A DNA stretch of 64,000 nt, taken from assembly GCF_009914755.1 (NCBI RefSeq), contig NC_060929.1. One strand, given 5' to 3'. Numbering within the stretch: the stretch's first letter is position 1; every line of letters starts with the position of its first letter. This stretch comes from the human T2T-CHM13v2.0 reference genome, Homo sapiens. The notes under the pieces are model-generated. The model saw only the letters and a program-made list of their open reading frames with translations, did not search any database and had not been told where the DNA came from. Below, in pieces: positions 12,580 through 25,400 of the stretch. A program made the position numbers and the translations under genes.

Positions 12580-14799
12580 GCAAAAATAAATTAAAGATGA
12601 TATAGTACGTGATATTAGCATAGCTGACACTTGTTTTTTCATGCAAAAGAAACGTGGAAAACCTCAAAATTATTTCATTTTATCTCTGCATAATTTGTGG
12701 TTAGATTTTGAAAGTGCATCAGAACTTACTCCCTTTGCAATTATGTATGACTTACTCAAAATCTAAAATTCAGGCAATCCTCAAAATATTAACCATTGTA
12801 CCAAAATACCAAATACAGGCTTGACACTTAAGTACTAAGCTAATGCTGAAATCATATTTGAATGATGATGCCAGGTGAGCATGAAAGTATACAGCCCGAA
12901 AGAGTAAAGTCTAATTATTGAAACAAAAGACAGAAGTTATGCTAAGTCATGGGCAAATTTTCAATAAGGTATCTGACCAAAAAAAGTCACGATATCCTCG
13001 CAGATGAGATGGAGATGAGTAGGAGGGTGGACAGACACAGACAGAGGAATGTAGTTTGCAGAATTCTGATCTGGATAAATAACCTTACCTACAGAGGTTA
13101 CCAAAAGCTCTATGGGCAAATGCAAAACCAATTTCTGCTCTTGCAACACCTTCAGTATATTACCTGTCCACTATTTACACAATTGCTTCTTCTGTGTTCT
13201 ATTGTTCCAAAAATTATTTATCTTTTTGCAAACAAAGAGGAAATGGTCTATGCTAGGTTTAAAACCCCGGAAAATACTCCCCCCCAGAAGCATGACTAGT
13301 TTGCATCTTTTGGACAGCTAAGATCAAAGTGATTTAAAATGTTTATTTTTAAAGTAAACCATTTATACTGATCTTTGAAAAAGCTCTTTCGCCCTTTAAG
13401 AACTGTATTTGTCTCCACAACTCTTTTAGAGACATACTAAAGTCACACTACATTCAAGATGGCACCATCAGAATTGTCCTGCCTGATTTATCTGACACCA
13501 TCTCAATGTCAGCTCCACAGGGAGTAGATCCAAAGGAGGGCAGGGAAACGCATAAGGCTGGACCTGTACAGCAAGAGCCTCCATGAGCCCCGTAACGAGA
13601 TGATGTACGCCACAGGGCTCTTTAATTGAAAAAAGCTGCAAAGAAACAATACCAAGGGGAAATCATAAACAGTGTTTTTTGGGATCACTTAAGAAAGTAA
13701 CCTTCGTGAATCTCCAACTTCTGTTTACAGAGAAGGAAGTTACAACTTAAAGTCCAGTTCCTTGCAAATTATAGACACACACCATAAAACAGTAGATACA
13801 AAATGCCACAAAGACTTTGCGGGGAGGGTGAGCCCTGCTCCCTTTCCTTTTCAAATCTGGAGTGTGATTTGAATTGCATCAGGGTCACCGTATCTGGAGG
13901 AGTTTTCCCAGCCGCCTAACTTTATTTCACATCTCAAGCACAACGCTTCTTTTATGAAAACCCAGCTTAAATATTAATGCGTGTTTTCTTAAGGAAGTTG
14001 AAGGCAAATCAACTTCCTGGTACCCAGGGTATCTGATTTCTAAAATGGTCTAACACTGATTGTCACAGCTCCGCCAGATGTGAAGGGTGAAGCTCTGTAA
14101 AAAACGGAAAGGCCAGCTTTCAGGCTCTCTGCTGTGCAGGTCCCACGCCTCCCTGAGCTGCATCCTCTGAGAGTATATTTTTGTTAGCTGGCTGCCGGAA
14201 GCCCTCAACTGCCCGAGTTGTTTTGCGATCCTATAAGGACCTTCCCAGCCCTGCTGTCAGCCCTGAAATTAAGAGTGTGTTTGTGTTGGTAAGTTTGGGG
14301 GGCTGGTTAAAATAATAAGTATTTTCATCAACATCGCTGTTTCAGCAGAATGGAAGCGGGTGGGGTACCAGAGCAGGGCTCCAAAGTTTGCTAAAAAGCC
14401 TATTTTGAGAAAACCTTTGTTCTAAATACTCTTGTTACCTCCTGCATCAAGAAACAATGTCTTTTGTTAGAACCCCCCCTTCTCTGACTGCTGCGTTTGT
14501 TTACTGACATTTTCAATACTGGGCAATACAAAGAGCATTTCCTCATATTAACTCCAAATGTCACAAAGAACAAAATCTGGTTCTAAAGAAGCCTGTCTAA
14601 CCAGATAAGATGGGTTCTGCTAAGAAAAAATATAATGAAAATAAATCTTGCGCTTTAATGTGGCCCACATAGCCTTTGTGGAGCCTTTTCTTTGACTTTC
14701 TTGCTGTGTCATTCGGAAGCCACTTGGCTTTGCATCACTCTAACCAAGAGAGACCTTACTGCAATGACCCTGGTCTCTGCTTAGAAAATGCTGACATGT

Positions 14800-15902
<1,103 letters not shown>

Positions 15903-16024
15903 CCCATCATGCAACTGCTAAGCTTTAAATATATATTTATATTAAAGTCCTTTTTGAGCAGCCCTTCTAAGTTACCAGAGGATGATCCATAAGTAATATA
16001 TGAATTTTCAAATTGGTTTATTCT

Positions 16025-16450
16025 GCGGATATTTGTGAAGCACCACGGCAAGCACAGGGAACAAGAAGGTCAGCAAAAGCAGACACAGGCCCTGCCCTCA
16101 GTGAGCTTACAGACTAAAGGAGGCAGGCATGAATCAAATAGTCTCCTAAGAGGACTCTAGGCATGTCTCTGAAGGACACAGGCCCAGTGTTATAAGAGTG
16201 AAAACAAAGAAGCCTGACAACTCAGGAACTCAGAGAGGCTTTCCTGGAAATAGCATCTGAAGGACGAGGAACACTTGAAGAGGCAGAGAGGCAAGGAAGG
16301 CACTCCAGGTAGAGGGGTCCAATTGCAGAAGGACCCCAAGGTACAGGGAGCATGAATGAGGCTGGAGGGCCCACAATGCTGTGCCTGAGATCCAGGCTGA
16401 GGCTGGTGAGGCAGAAGATCAGACCACTGGAGCCCTGTGGTGGTGCAGTG
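16025..16450 (-). mobile_element. L2 LINE fragment
   Basis: 'cacaggccctgccctcagtgagcttacagactaaagg...tcagagaggctttcctggaa' is the reverse L2 3' region. Confidence 0.75.
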
Positions 16451-17424
16451 GAGACTGATCCAGATGGGTTCATCCAGTGGGAAACCAATAAGGACTTTAG
16501 CTTAACACCCCCACCCATCCCTATCGGCTGTACTAACACCTTGAGACTGATCCAAACTGAAGGCATAACACTCTCTGTCCCATGCACACCTATCCTTCCA
16601 GCTCACACTCCTCCCAAGCAAAGGTGTTCAATTTTAACACCACTTTTCAGCGCTCCAAAGAAGAGTTCCAACTTCTGGCTGAAAAAGTATGCCTCTCTCC
16701 TAAGCCAATCTAAAACAGTGGTAACCTGGATAGATATAAATATAGATCCAGATGTGAAATTTCCCAATTAGCCCACTCCTTTAAAGGGTAAGTTCCAAAT
16801 TATTTTAAATTATAGTTACATCAACATTGGGCTTCCTAAGCACACAACATAAAATTGAGTTCTACAGAGAAAGGAACCATCTGTGAGAGTATCAACAGAA
16901 AGAGAAAGAAAGTCAACATTATCTTTTATTATTTCTTCTTCAAACTTTTAAAATTTCATGTTCAGTGAATCTTACCACCTCAGCCTGACAGAAAAATAGA
17001 TATTAAACTAAAGTTACATGGCAGGCAGAAGATTCCAAAGTATTATTTAATAGTGAAAACAGATCACGAAGGAGAAAATATAGAAAGCAAGCATGTTTCT
17101 CTAGTGACTATGTTACCATGTCCCCAAAATTAACAGAAATACGGAAGGCTTTGCCATGTTTTAATTAAAAAGAGCTATGTTTTAAATGATGCCAACTATA
17201 GGACATTATGCTAAATGCTTTCCAAAGTCTCACTTACTCCTCATGACACCCCTAACTAGAGTTATCCTAACTCCAGGAGTGTTATGAGGCACAAGTGAGA
17301 ACAAGTAATCATCATTTTCATTTTATAGATGAAAAAGCAAGAGGAATCTAAGTGACTTGCCCAAAGTCACTATGGTGACAAGGTCTATTGCTGACCCCAA
17401 ATATCTCTTTGCTCTTTCATATGA

Positions 17425-17890
17425 AGTTATAACATCCTCAATGTTTATTTGAGTACATGTCTGCCCATAATAAAAACTGTATTTCTCAAACTTCCTTAAA
17501 GCTAGGTAACCATGTGACCAATTCCTGGCCAATGAGATGAAAGCAGGGTGCTATCTGTAATATGCAAGCCGTATCATTAAGAGGAAGGGTCTGCCCTGCC
17601 CCTTTCCTTCCTCCATTCTGCTGCTAGGAATATTGCTGTAATGGCTACAGCTCCATCTTGGAGAACAGGGATGAGACCACCCTCTAGGGATGGCAGAAGA
17701 ATATGCTAGAGGGAACCTGGCTGGAGGGCTTTGGGGGAAAGAGCTTCCACCTCAGGTCTAGGCTGCTTACTTCCAGGCTTAATTTATGTGAGAGTAATAA
17801 ACTTCTGCCTTATTTAGGCCACTCTTGTTTTGTTTTGGGTAGGGCCAGAGGCTCCCTCACTTGCAGCCGAATCTAACTATGGCTGATGCA
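17425..17890 (+). mobile_element. MaLR solo LTR (MLT1J-like)
   Basis: 'ccatgtgaccaattcctggccaatgagatg', 'tgtgagagtaataaacttct...ttaggccact', end 'ttgcagccgaatctaactatggctgatgca'; inserted among MIR fragments. Confidence 0.8.
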
Positions 17891-19741
17891 GTCACCTAAA
17901 GAAAGGCATGGAACACTGAGCAAATGATTTAATCTCTCTCAATTTTCTAATCCGTGAAAGAGGATGAGTAAAACCTACCTCAGAGTATTGCATGAATTAA
18001 ATGTAATAGGATGTAACTTTAATATGTAGCACAGTCCCTGGCATATCATAAACCCTCAATGTCAGCTACTGCCACTAAGTTCCTCGCACAACAGAACTCA
18101 TGGTGAACTCCCACTAAATGGATGAATTTCACTGTATTCCCTGCAACAACCAGGAAGCTCCAACATCCAGCTATACTTAAGGTTGAGGGCCTCATAACTG
18201 ACACTCTTGGAAGCTGCAGGAACTCAGCTTGGAGCTGATCTTGAAGCAACTTCTAGAGATAAGGTGAGCGTGGCTGAAGTGAAGCCAAATACCTGGAGGA
18301 CCTGAACCTCAGGCTGGGAAGTTGTCTTGGGCCGGGCTGTTCTCTTCAGGATGCCTGTCTGCTGCCACCTCCATTTCCAAAGAATGCCTCCCCATGCCAG
18401 GCCAGACCTCTGCTCCTTAACTTCAGGAACACTGAGACTATTTAAACTTCAGTGGGTTTTCTCCCCATCCCACCAAAGCCCACATGAAGAACACACATTA
18501 TTCTGTAAGCACTGGGGACAGTGGCTATACGGTCCGCATCTTTGTGTCCAACCACCTGGAGTTGTGCTCTAAGAACTTGTACACATTTAAACGAGTTCCA
18601 TTTAGCCACAAAGTCGGGTCCTAGACTTAGCCTGAAAAGCAAAAATCACGTGTAGTCAAAACTACCCTTGAAAATCACTTAGATTACCCATAAAACACCA
18701 CACATGTGGATTTGCGTTTACAGCCTACTAAAATTTGAGCACCACTGAGCTGGACCAAAGAAAGGAACAAAAGGAAAATCCATATGCCCATATCTGGGCA
18801 CTCTAACTATCCTGTCTTTAAGAAAATTGTTAAATCCTTAGCATGTCTGGAGGTGGGTAGAGACTGTCAAGTGTTCCTCCTTGCCTCTCTTAAGATTAAG
18901 CACATAAAACCTCAGTAGAGGTTACTAGATGTGTTTCATGAGGTGAGAATTAAAAGAGGTGATGTCTGTACAAACATTCCATACAGAACCTAGTCCCTAG
19001 AAAGTAAAGCAATAACATTTCCTGGACTTGAATCTAGAGCTTGCTTGATGAGATCTACAAACACACTGTGTTCTCTGAAAAGCTGAAGAGAAGAACTTGG
19101 CCAGTGGCTTCCCATCTTTCCAAGTTGTTTTTTTCATCTATGGCCCCTCAGACTGGTTACCACCCTCTTGCCTTTCGGAATTGCTCTCTCATAAATTAAA
19201 CTTCTTGAGGTGAGGCTTGAAAGACTTGAATCAATTAAAATGTGGGCCTCAATTTAACTCAAAATGTGAGTTAAAATGTGACTCCAATGATAACGATGAT
19301 AGGAAATTTTAGGTGCTTGCTCTTTTTCATCTAATAGAAAATAAGATTTTAAGCAAAATGACGGCAAACAAAAGAAGTGTGATTCCCAGGAATTTGCCAC
19401 GCCTTCTGAAGAACCTAGGCACCAAGGACTCCATGCCTATGACTGCAATGCCAGGTGTCAGGGTCATCATTACTGGCACTTGGGTGAGGACAGCTGGGCA
19501 TACACTGACTAGCCAATCGAAACCTGAGCTCAAAGCGTGAGATCCATCTTTAGCTCTATCCTTGGATCAAAACTGACCCGGCTGGAGGGCCCCCCAAAAG
19601 ACAGACCTTTCTTGACCTTAGGTTGGTCTAAGAAGGAAGAAAGGACAAGTAGATAAGTTCATGGTCCTTCACCCACAGAAAATCACAAACACACTTTGAG
19701 AGATGACCTTAGAGGAAAAACCCAGCTCAAATTCTCTAGAG

Positions 19742-20023
19742 CAGTGAGTCCACCAGAAATATAATACAAGTCACACATGTAATTCAAAATGTTCTGATTG
19801 CCACATTTTAAAAAGAGAAAATAACCAAGTAAAATTAATTTCAGCAATGTTTTATTTAACCCATGATATCCGAAATATTATTTTGACATGTAAGCAATAT
19901 TAATGATTATTGATGCTTTTCATAATATTCCAACATCAGTGTGTATTTTATATCTAATGCGTATCTCAATCTGTGCTGGCTACTTCTCCAGTGCTCAATA
20001 ACCACATCTAGCTACGCTGCAGC
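19742..20023 (-). mobile_element. MER33-like hAT-Charlie DNA transposon
   Basis: 'cagtgagtccaccagaaatataatacaagtcacacatgtaatt...agtgtgtattttata...tctcaat...gtgctcaataaccacat'; preceded by ctctagag target. Confidence 0.75.
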
Positions 20024-20029
20024 TATAAA

Positions 20030-20330
20030 AGAAAGTTGACAAACCAGCAACTCACAGATTAATTTTGTTTTGCTTTCATAGTGATTTAAATTTTTGAAAA
20101 TTAGTTGCCATCACTTAAAATCTGATTTCACAATAAAATACCTTCTGGCTTCTATCAAAAAATCATATCTGATAACCCTGGGTTCAAATTCTCCAACAGC
20201 AACGGAGCAGAGAGAACTGAGAATGAGCCTCAGCTCTTCCCATTAGAAGGCACACTGGCTTCCAGCTTGCCATCTCTCTCAACCCCCATTCCTTCAGTAC
20301 CTTACATTTCCTGCCTGGACATATCCCAGT
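20030..20330. mobile_element. MER102-like hAT element
   Basis: 'aattagttgcca...gatttcacaataaaa...tctggcttct...aaaaatcatatctgataaccctggg' recalled as a MER102-type segment. Confidence 0.5.
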
Positions 20331-21409
20331 AGGTCTAATAAATAGCAAGGTCTCAACCTTGTGGAGATAACATCAAAACTATTGGCTTGTTTAATGTGAT
20401 AAATTTTGAAAAAGAAATGTATTTATGCATTTGTACTTTATTTGTTTTCCTACCAGTTACCATTTATGTTACCATGAACTCTGAATTTAAATGGGGTCAT
20501 ACACACAAAGAAGAAACAAATCCTTGCTTACTGATTCAGGAAAAGACGGAAATCAGCCTAGGGAAGGAAGCTATGCTATTTACTTTGTTTTTCAAATAAC
20601 TGAAGACATAAGACTGAGAAGGCTAAGGAGTATTAGGACACCTTGTTATTCAAATGCATCACTGAAAGGACAGTCTCTAAAAATACTAGTGCCTGTATAA
20701 ACTTCTTTCTCCCTGTGTTGCTTATTTCCCACATGGGGCTAAGCACCCAGTCGGTCTCTCTGCGGCTCCCATTACTCAGAGGCCCATTTCCTGTCTCCCC
20801 CGTCCCTGCCCCAGCCTCCTGGGCAAGGAGCCATGGCCCCTCCCAACACCTCCCATCGCTAACCCCACCCCCTCTTCTCTCTCTCCCTCACACTGGACAT
20901 TTAAGGATCTTTCACCACTTCTCCCCACTAACTGTTTTCTCTCCTTATCAAAATCATCCAAGGACATCTAGATCTAATCCAAGGTCTCAACTGTAGCTTC
21001 CAGTCACTCCATCAGCTACCCTATTTGTTCTTTCACATCAAGCCAATAGTAACACTATCAACACACCAACAACAGTGGCTTCAACTATGATGTGGGAGTT
21101 AGTGTCTCAAGTCAGGGTATAAGATAAAACTTCAGAAAGTCTAAAAAATCTTTGCAAATCCCTGAAACTACACATAGAGTGCAGTATGCATGCGTTTGCA
21201 ACCTTGAGCATTAACATCTATATACAAAGGTCTGATCACCAGCCTATTTACATTTTGGGCTCACTAGGAGGCAGATACACAGTGAGTGTATGAAGAACAT
21301 TATTTAAACTATTCTTAGCATTCTTTTCTCTTTTTTAATTTTTTGTTCCAGCACACATAGTTGAAATCAGAAGGATAATTGCATGCACAGTGAGAATCGA
21401 CTGTGATGA

Positions 21410-21635
21410 TAATTTTATAACAGCTAACACTGGCTAAGCACTTTATAATGTACTGGGCCCTGAACCAAATGCTTAATAAATATTCTATCATTTAATCCTT
21501 ACAAAAACTCTATGATGTAAGAATTATTCTTTTTGCCTCCATTTTACAGGAACAGGATTGGAGTGGCCAAGTAATTTGCCCCAAATCACGTAGCTAGTAA
21601 GTAACAGCGCTAAGAGTTGAACCCAGGTCTGTCAC
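21410..21635 (-). mobile_element. MIR SINE
   Basis: 'catttaatccttacaaaaactctatgatgtaag...ccattttacag...taatttgccccaaatcacgtagctagtaagt...ttgaacccaggtctgtc'. Confidence 0.85.
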
Positions 21636-23469
21636 AGAGTACCCCTTTTCAACAACAAAGCTGAAGTCCACAGCTTCACTCCTCCTGTCTTCTGTCTATA
21701 AACTGAAAATATGTCTATAATTGCCATCTACTGAGTCTGAGCATTCACTCACCTCCTCCGCAAAGACTATAAGCCGCCCCGGATCTTGGAGCTGTCCTAT
21801 ATTCCCTTTGCTACAAACATGCCTGTGTCTTCTCCAATCATTGTAAGTCCAGTAAGTGTTTACAGATGGCAAATGTTTAGTACCAAAAGTTCAGAAGACA
21901 CCCAAACCAACCATAATTCCCACGACCAGAGAAAAGTTTTTAAATGTTTATTAAAGTCTACTGGGGGTAAAACTCCTCCCCTTCTCTCCCAAGACTCCAT
22001 GAGAAAGCCCTTTAGTAAGCCACCACATAATTTACATTTTCTTCTGTAAAAATTCTAAATCTCTGTATAATTTCCCACAACATTTAACAGGAGAATATTT
22101 AAACTAAGAAATGTCTTGTGGATATAAATGTCGGGCTCATATAACTAAGTGTGTCACATTATATAACTAAATAATATCCTAGACTTTCTGTGTATACCTG
22201 CATAACAGTACTGCAAATATAAATGAAAAATAAATAATAATTTATGAAAACTGATTTGCATTTCCAAATATAAAATGTGTAAAATCCAACTAATTAGCAC
22301 GAGTGAGGGCTGAGGTGTTTCTATAGCAACTATAAAAATGCTAAATTATTTTTTCTCCAAAGTGTTTTATATCTGCCTCATTAATGTTTGTTTTTCCCAT
22401 TTGTTTTGTGGATATTTCCAAAGTGAAAGGTTTCAAAGATTGCAAAGATTCTCTGCTTTATCGCAAAATTCAAGAAGAGGTTTCTCACTAAGAAGTGTCT
22501 CATGTGCCAACAGCGATTTGCATTAAAACTGGATTTGATAGAGTTTCTTTCACGCCAGTGGCTCCATCCTTTGTTCTTAGCTTCTTCCTAAATTCTCCTT
22601 TTCTCTTACTGCTCCGATTGTTCTCGGTGCATCTCTGATAAGGATACGTTAACATAGGTCAGTTTTTCATCTTGCACCCTTTGCTGCCACCCTAATAATT
22701 CCTGAGAAAGTCAGATCCAAGCAAGAAGTTTCCATTAAGCTAAGGATAAAAAAGAACCCCTAGGAACAACTTGGGGAGCTTGGGCAGTGACCTCAGCCCT
22801 GGGATCTCAGTTTCCCCACCTAAGAATGAGGTGGATGGACAATGGCCCATCTCTAACGTTCTCTATAGGTCTTTTCAAAGGACCCCTGTTGCCTCCTATG
22901 TCAGTCAAACTCCTTTGCCAGGATTCTAAGTGTCCTTACCTCACCCCTGCAAACCAGCCCACCTTAAACTTATGGCCCACATTCCCATGAGGCAGCAGTT
23001 CTTAACCTTGAGCCAAAGGATCAATTGATGGGCTTCAGAGGGACTGAGTTCCTTGAATTCGGTGCAAAAAAATTTTTATTCCAGTGGAAAGGCACATAGA
23101 TTGAGAATGGCCGCAAGAGGCTCTAAGTCCCCTGAGGGTAGCACAATGTCTTACCCATTTGTGTCCCCAGAGCCTAACACAGGACTTGGCAGAAACAAGG
23201 CTCTGCCTCAACCCAGCAGGCCTTTGCAGTATCCGCCAAAGCCCACTGCTCAGTCCTCTCTGGGACTTCACCCTCAATCGAGCGATGCGGACTCCTCTGC
23301 TCTCTTTACCACCTCCTCCCACCTCCTCCTTCCTGCAGTTCTGTGTCCAGCTCAAGTCCCATTTCCTGCACGCTCTGTGGCCAAAATACCTCACCTACTT
23401 TGTCTCTTCTTTAAACTTTTATTATACTCATGACTAGTACCATGTAATCTAGCTCTGAACAAGTTTCTC

Positions 23470-23612
23470 TTTTCTGTTAAAATTGCCTATTCTTCCCAGC
23501 TGGATTGTAAACTCCCTGAGGCAAGAGTCATGTCTGATATGATTCTTCCCCCTCTCCAAAGTGCCTAGTACAGTGGAAGTCATAAAGTAAGTAGATGCTC
23601 AGAAAATATATC
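23470..23612 (+). mobile_element. L2 LINE 3' end
   Basis: 'ctggattgtaaactccctgaggcaagagtcatgtctg...gtgcctagtacagtg...gtagatgctcagaaaatat'. Confidence 0.7.
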
Positions 23613-24229
23613 TGATCTAGGCAAACTATGGGGATAAGTAATAACAATTAATTAGCTACAGTTATTTAATTTATACAATGAAGAGAAGACATATATAGTA
23701 TAATAGTTATGAATAATATATGTGAATATACTTAATACGGCAACCTACCTGTTCTTATTTGCAATGAACACCTTCTGACCCTTGACCTCTTCCCGAGAAG
23801 ACTCGCTCCGGGGTGTGTTTCAGTCTTCTCTCTCTTGCACCCCTGACAATACTGGAGTTATTAATTCATGCCATGTTCATTATTCGAGCTCAGTAGCAAC
23901 TTTGAATTTATTCTCAAATTTCTCTCTGCAACTTCCTTACTTCAGTAAATTGAAATTGAAGACCCTGGTACTTAATTATTCCCTAAAGCAGTATCCTGTT
24001 GTTTGGGCATTGAGGGAGTTAAAATAACTTAACACTTAATAATGCTACCAACCTTGGAGGAAGTTCTGGGAATCTCCCGCCAAAAAAAAGGGCAACTGCA
24101 CTCATAGGAGGAAAAAAAATAGGAGACTAATGTATGCTGAGGATTATGAATCACTCTTCTTTCTTAAAAACGTGGTTTCCAAACAGAATTCTCATTGGCA
24201 TTCTAACACTAATGCCCTAAATTCTGCCA

Positions 24230-25400
24230 AGTTCCAAACAGAACAACCACCTCGAACAATCCAAGCAACTCTAATTAACTTCTGGGTCCACCTGTGCCTG
24301 TGAGGTCAGGCAAAAGTACACAGCCGCATGCAGCGCATGAACACAGGCAATCCCGTGTGTGAGCACACGTGCGTGTGTATATAAAGACAAGGAGGATTTG
24401 CCCAAGAACTACTCAGCTCCACTTAACTCTAAGCCAAGTTTAATCAAACCCTAATTCCCAGTCTTTTTGTCGGATGTTATTTACACCTTCAGTAAAGCTC
24501 ACGGCAGCACGTCTAAACGATCGTGAACAATAAGGATATCCTTAAAGGACTGTACTGTTGACAAAGAGCATATACAACCAACCCAGCTGGAAGGGATTCA
24601 CTTATAATGCCCTTTTAGCAATAGCCGTAATAATTTAATACCATTAGTCTCAGTCTCAACTGTAAATGGCCTTAATGGACCCTGTGGTGTTCCTCCAGAT
24701 TATATACTGATATTGGGGCACAGCTTTAATGCCTGCATTACCGCTGCTAATTGTGAAACGCTGTGTTGGATACACTCGAGTGTTGCAATAAGTGTCTTCA
24801 GTTAACTTCTTAAGGGCATAGCTTTAAAAGGAACATTTGTCAGCACGATAAAAAAAAAAAAAAAAAAAAAAGGCAAGAGAACGTTTCATCTGGTTTCAAC
24901 ATCCAGGGGGATCCTGCAAAATCTGATTGCCTCGCTCCTGACTTCTTTGCAACAAGCACTGTTGCTTCAAAACTTGTTAGCAGCCATCTCTTCAAAGGAT
25001 TTATTTTGATAGTTCATGAATGTGTTGTCACACAGCATAATTAAAGCTTACAGAACTATTATCAAAACACAGAGGAAATGTGCTCGGGGAGGCTGATGGC
25101 TACCCGGCCGCCTGTGTCTGCCGCTTCCCACAGGATGTGCGCTGACTGACCAGCTGGCTTCCAAGTTCTGACACTAGGCATATGGAGGAAAGTCAGGCCT
25201 CGGGGTAAAGTGCGCGGGCAGGCTTCAGTGAGCAATCAATTACAAGTAACAGCCAACTCCTCTCAGTGACTGTACATATTCCCACCATCACACACTGCCA
25301 GCTTGCCTCTATTTTGAATGCAATAAAACTTGTGGGGAGCCAACGCATGTGCAACTCTTAAAGATATATGGTAGGGATTAACCGTAAAAACACTAATTAA
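24230..25400. promoter_or_regulatory. Candidate conserved non-coding element / enhancer block
   Basis: About 1.2 kb with no recognisable repeat, many retained CpGs, dense TAAT/ATTA homeodomain cores, a CACGTG E-box and TGTCA/TGACA cores; function inferred only. Confidence 0.5.
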
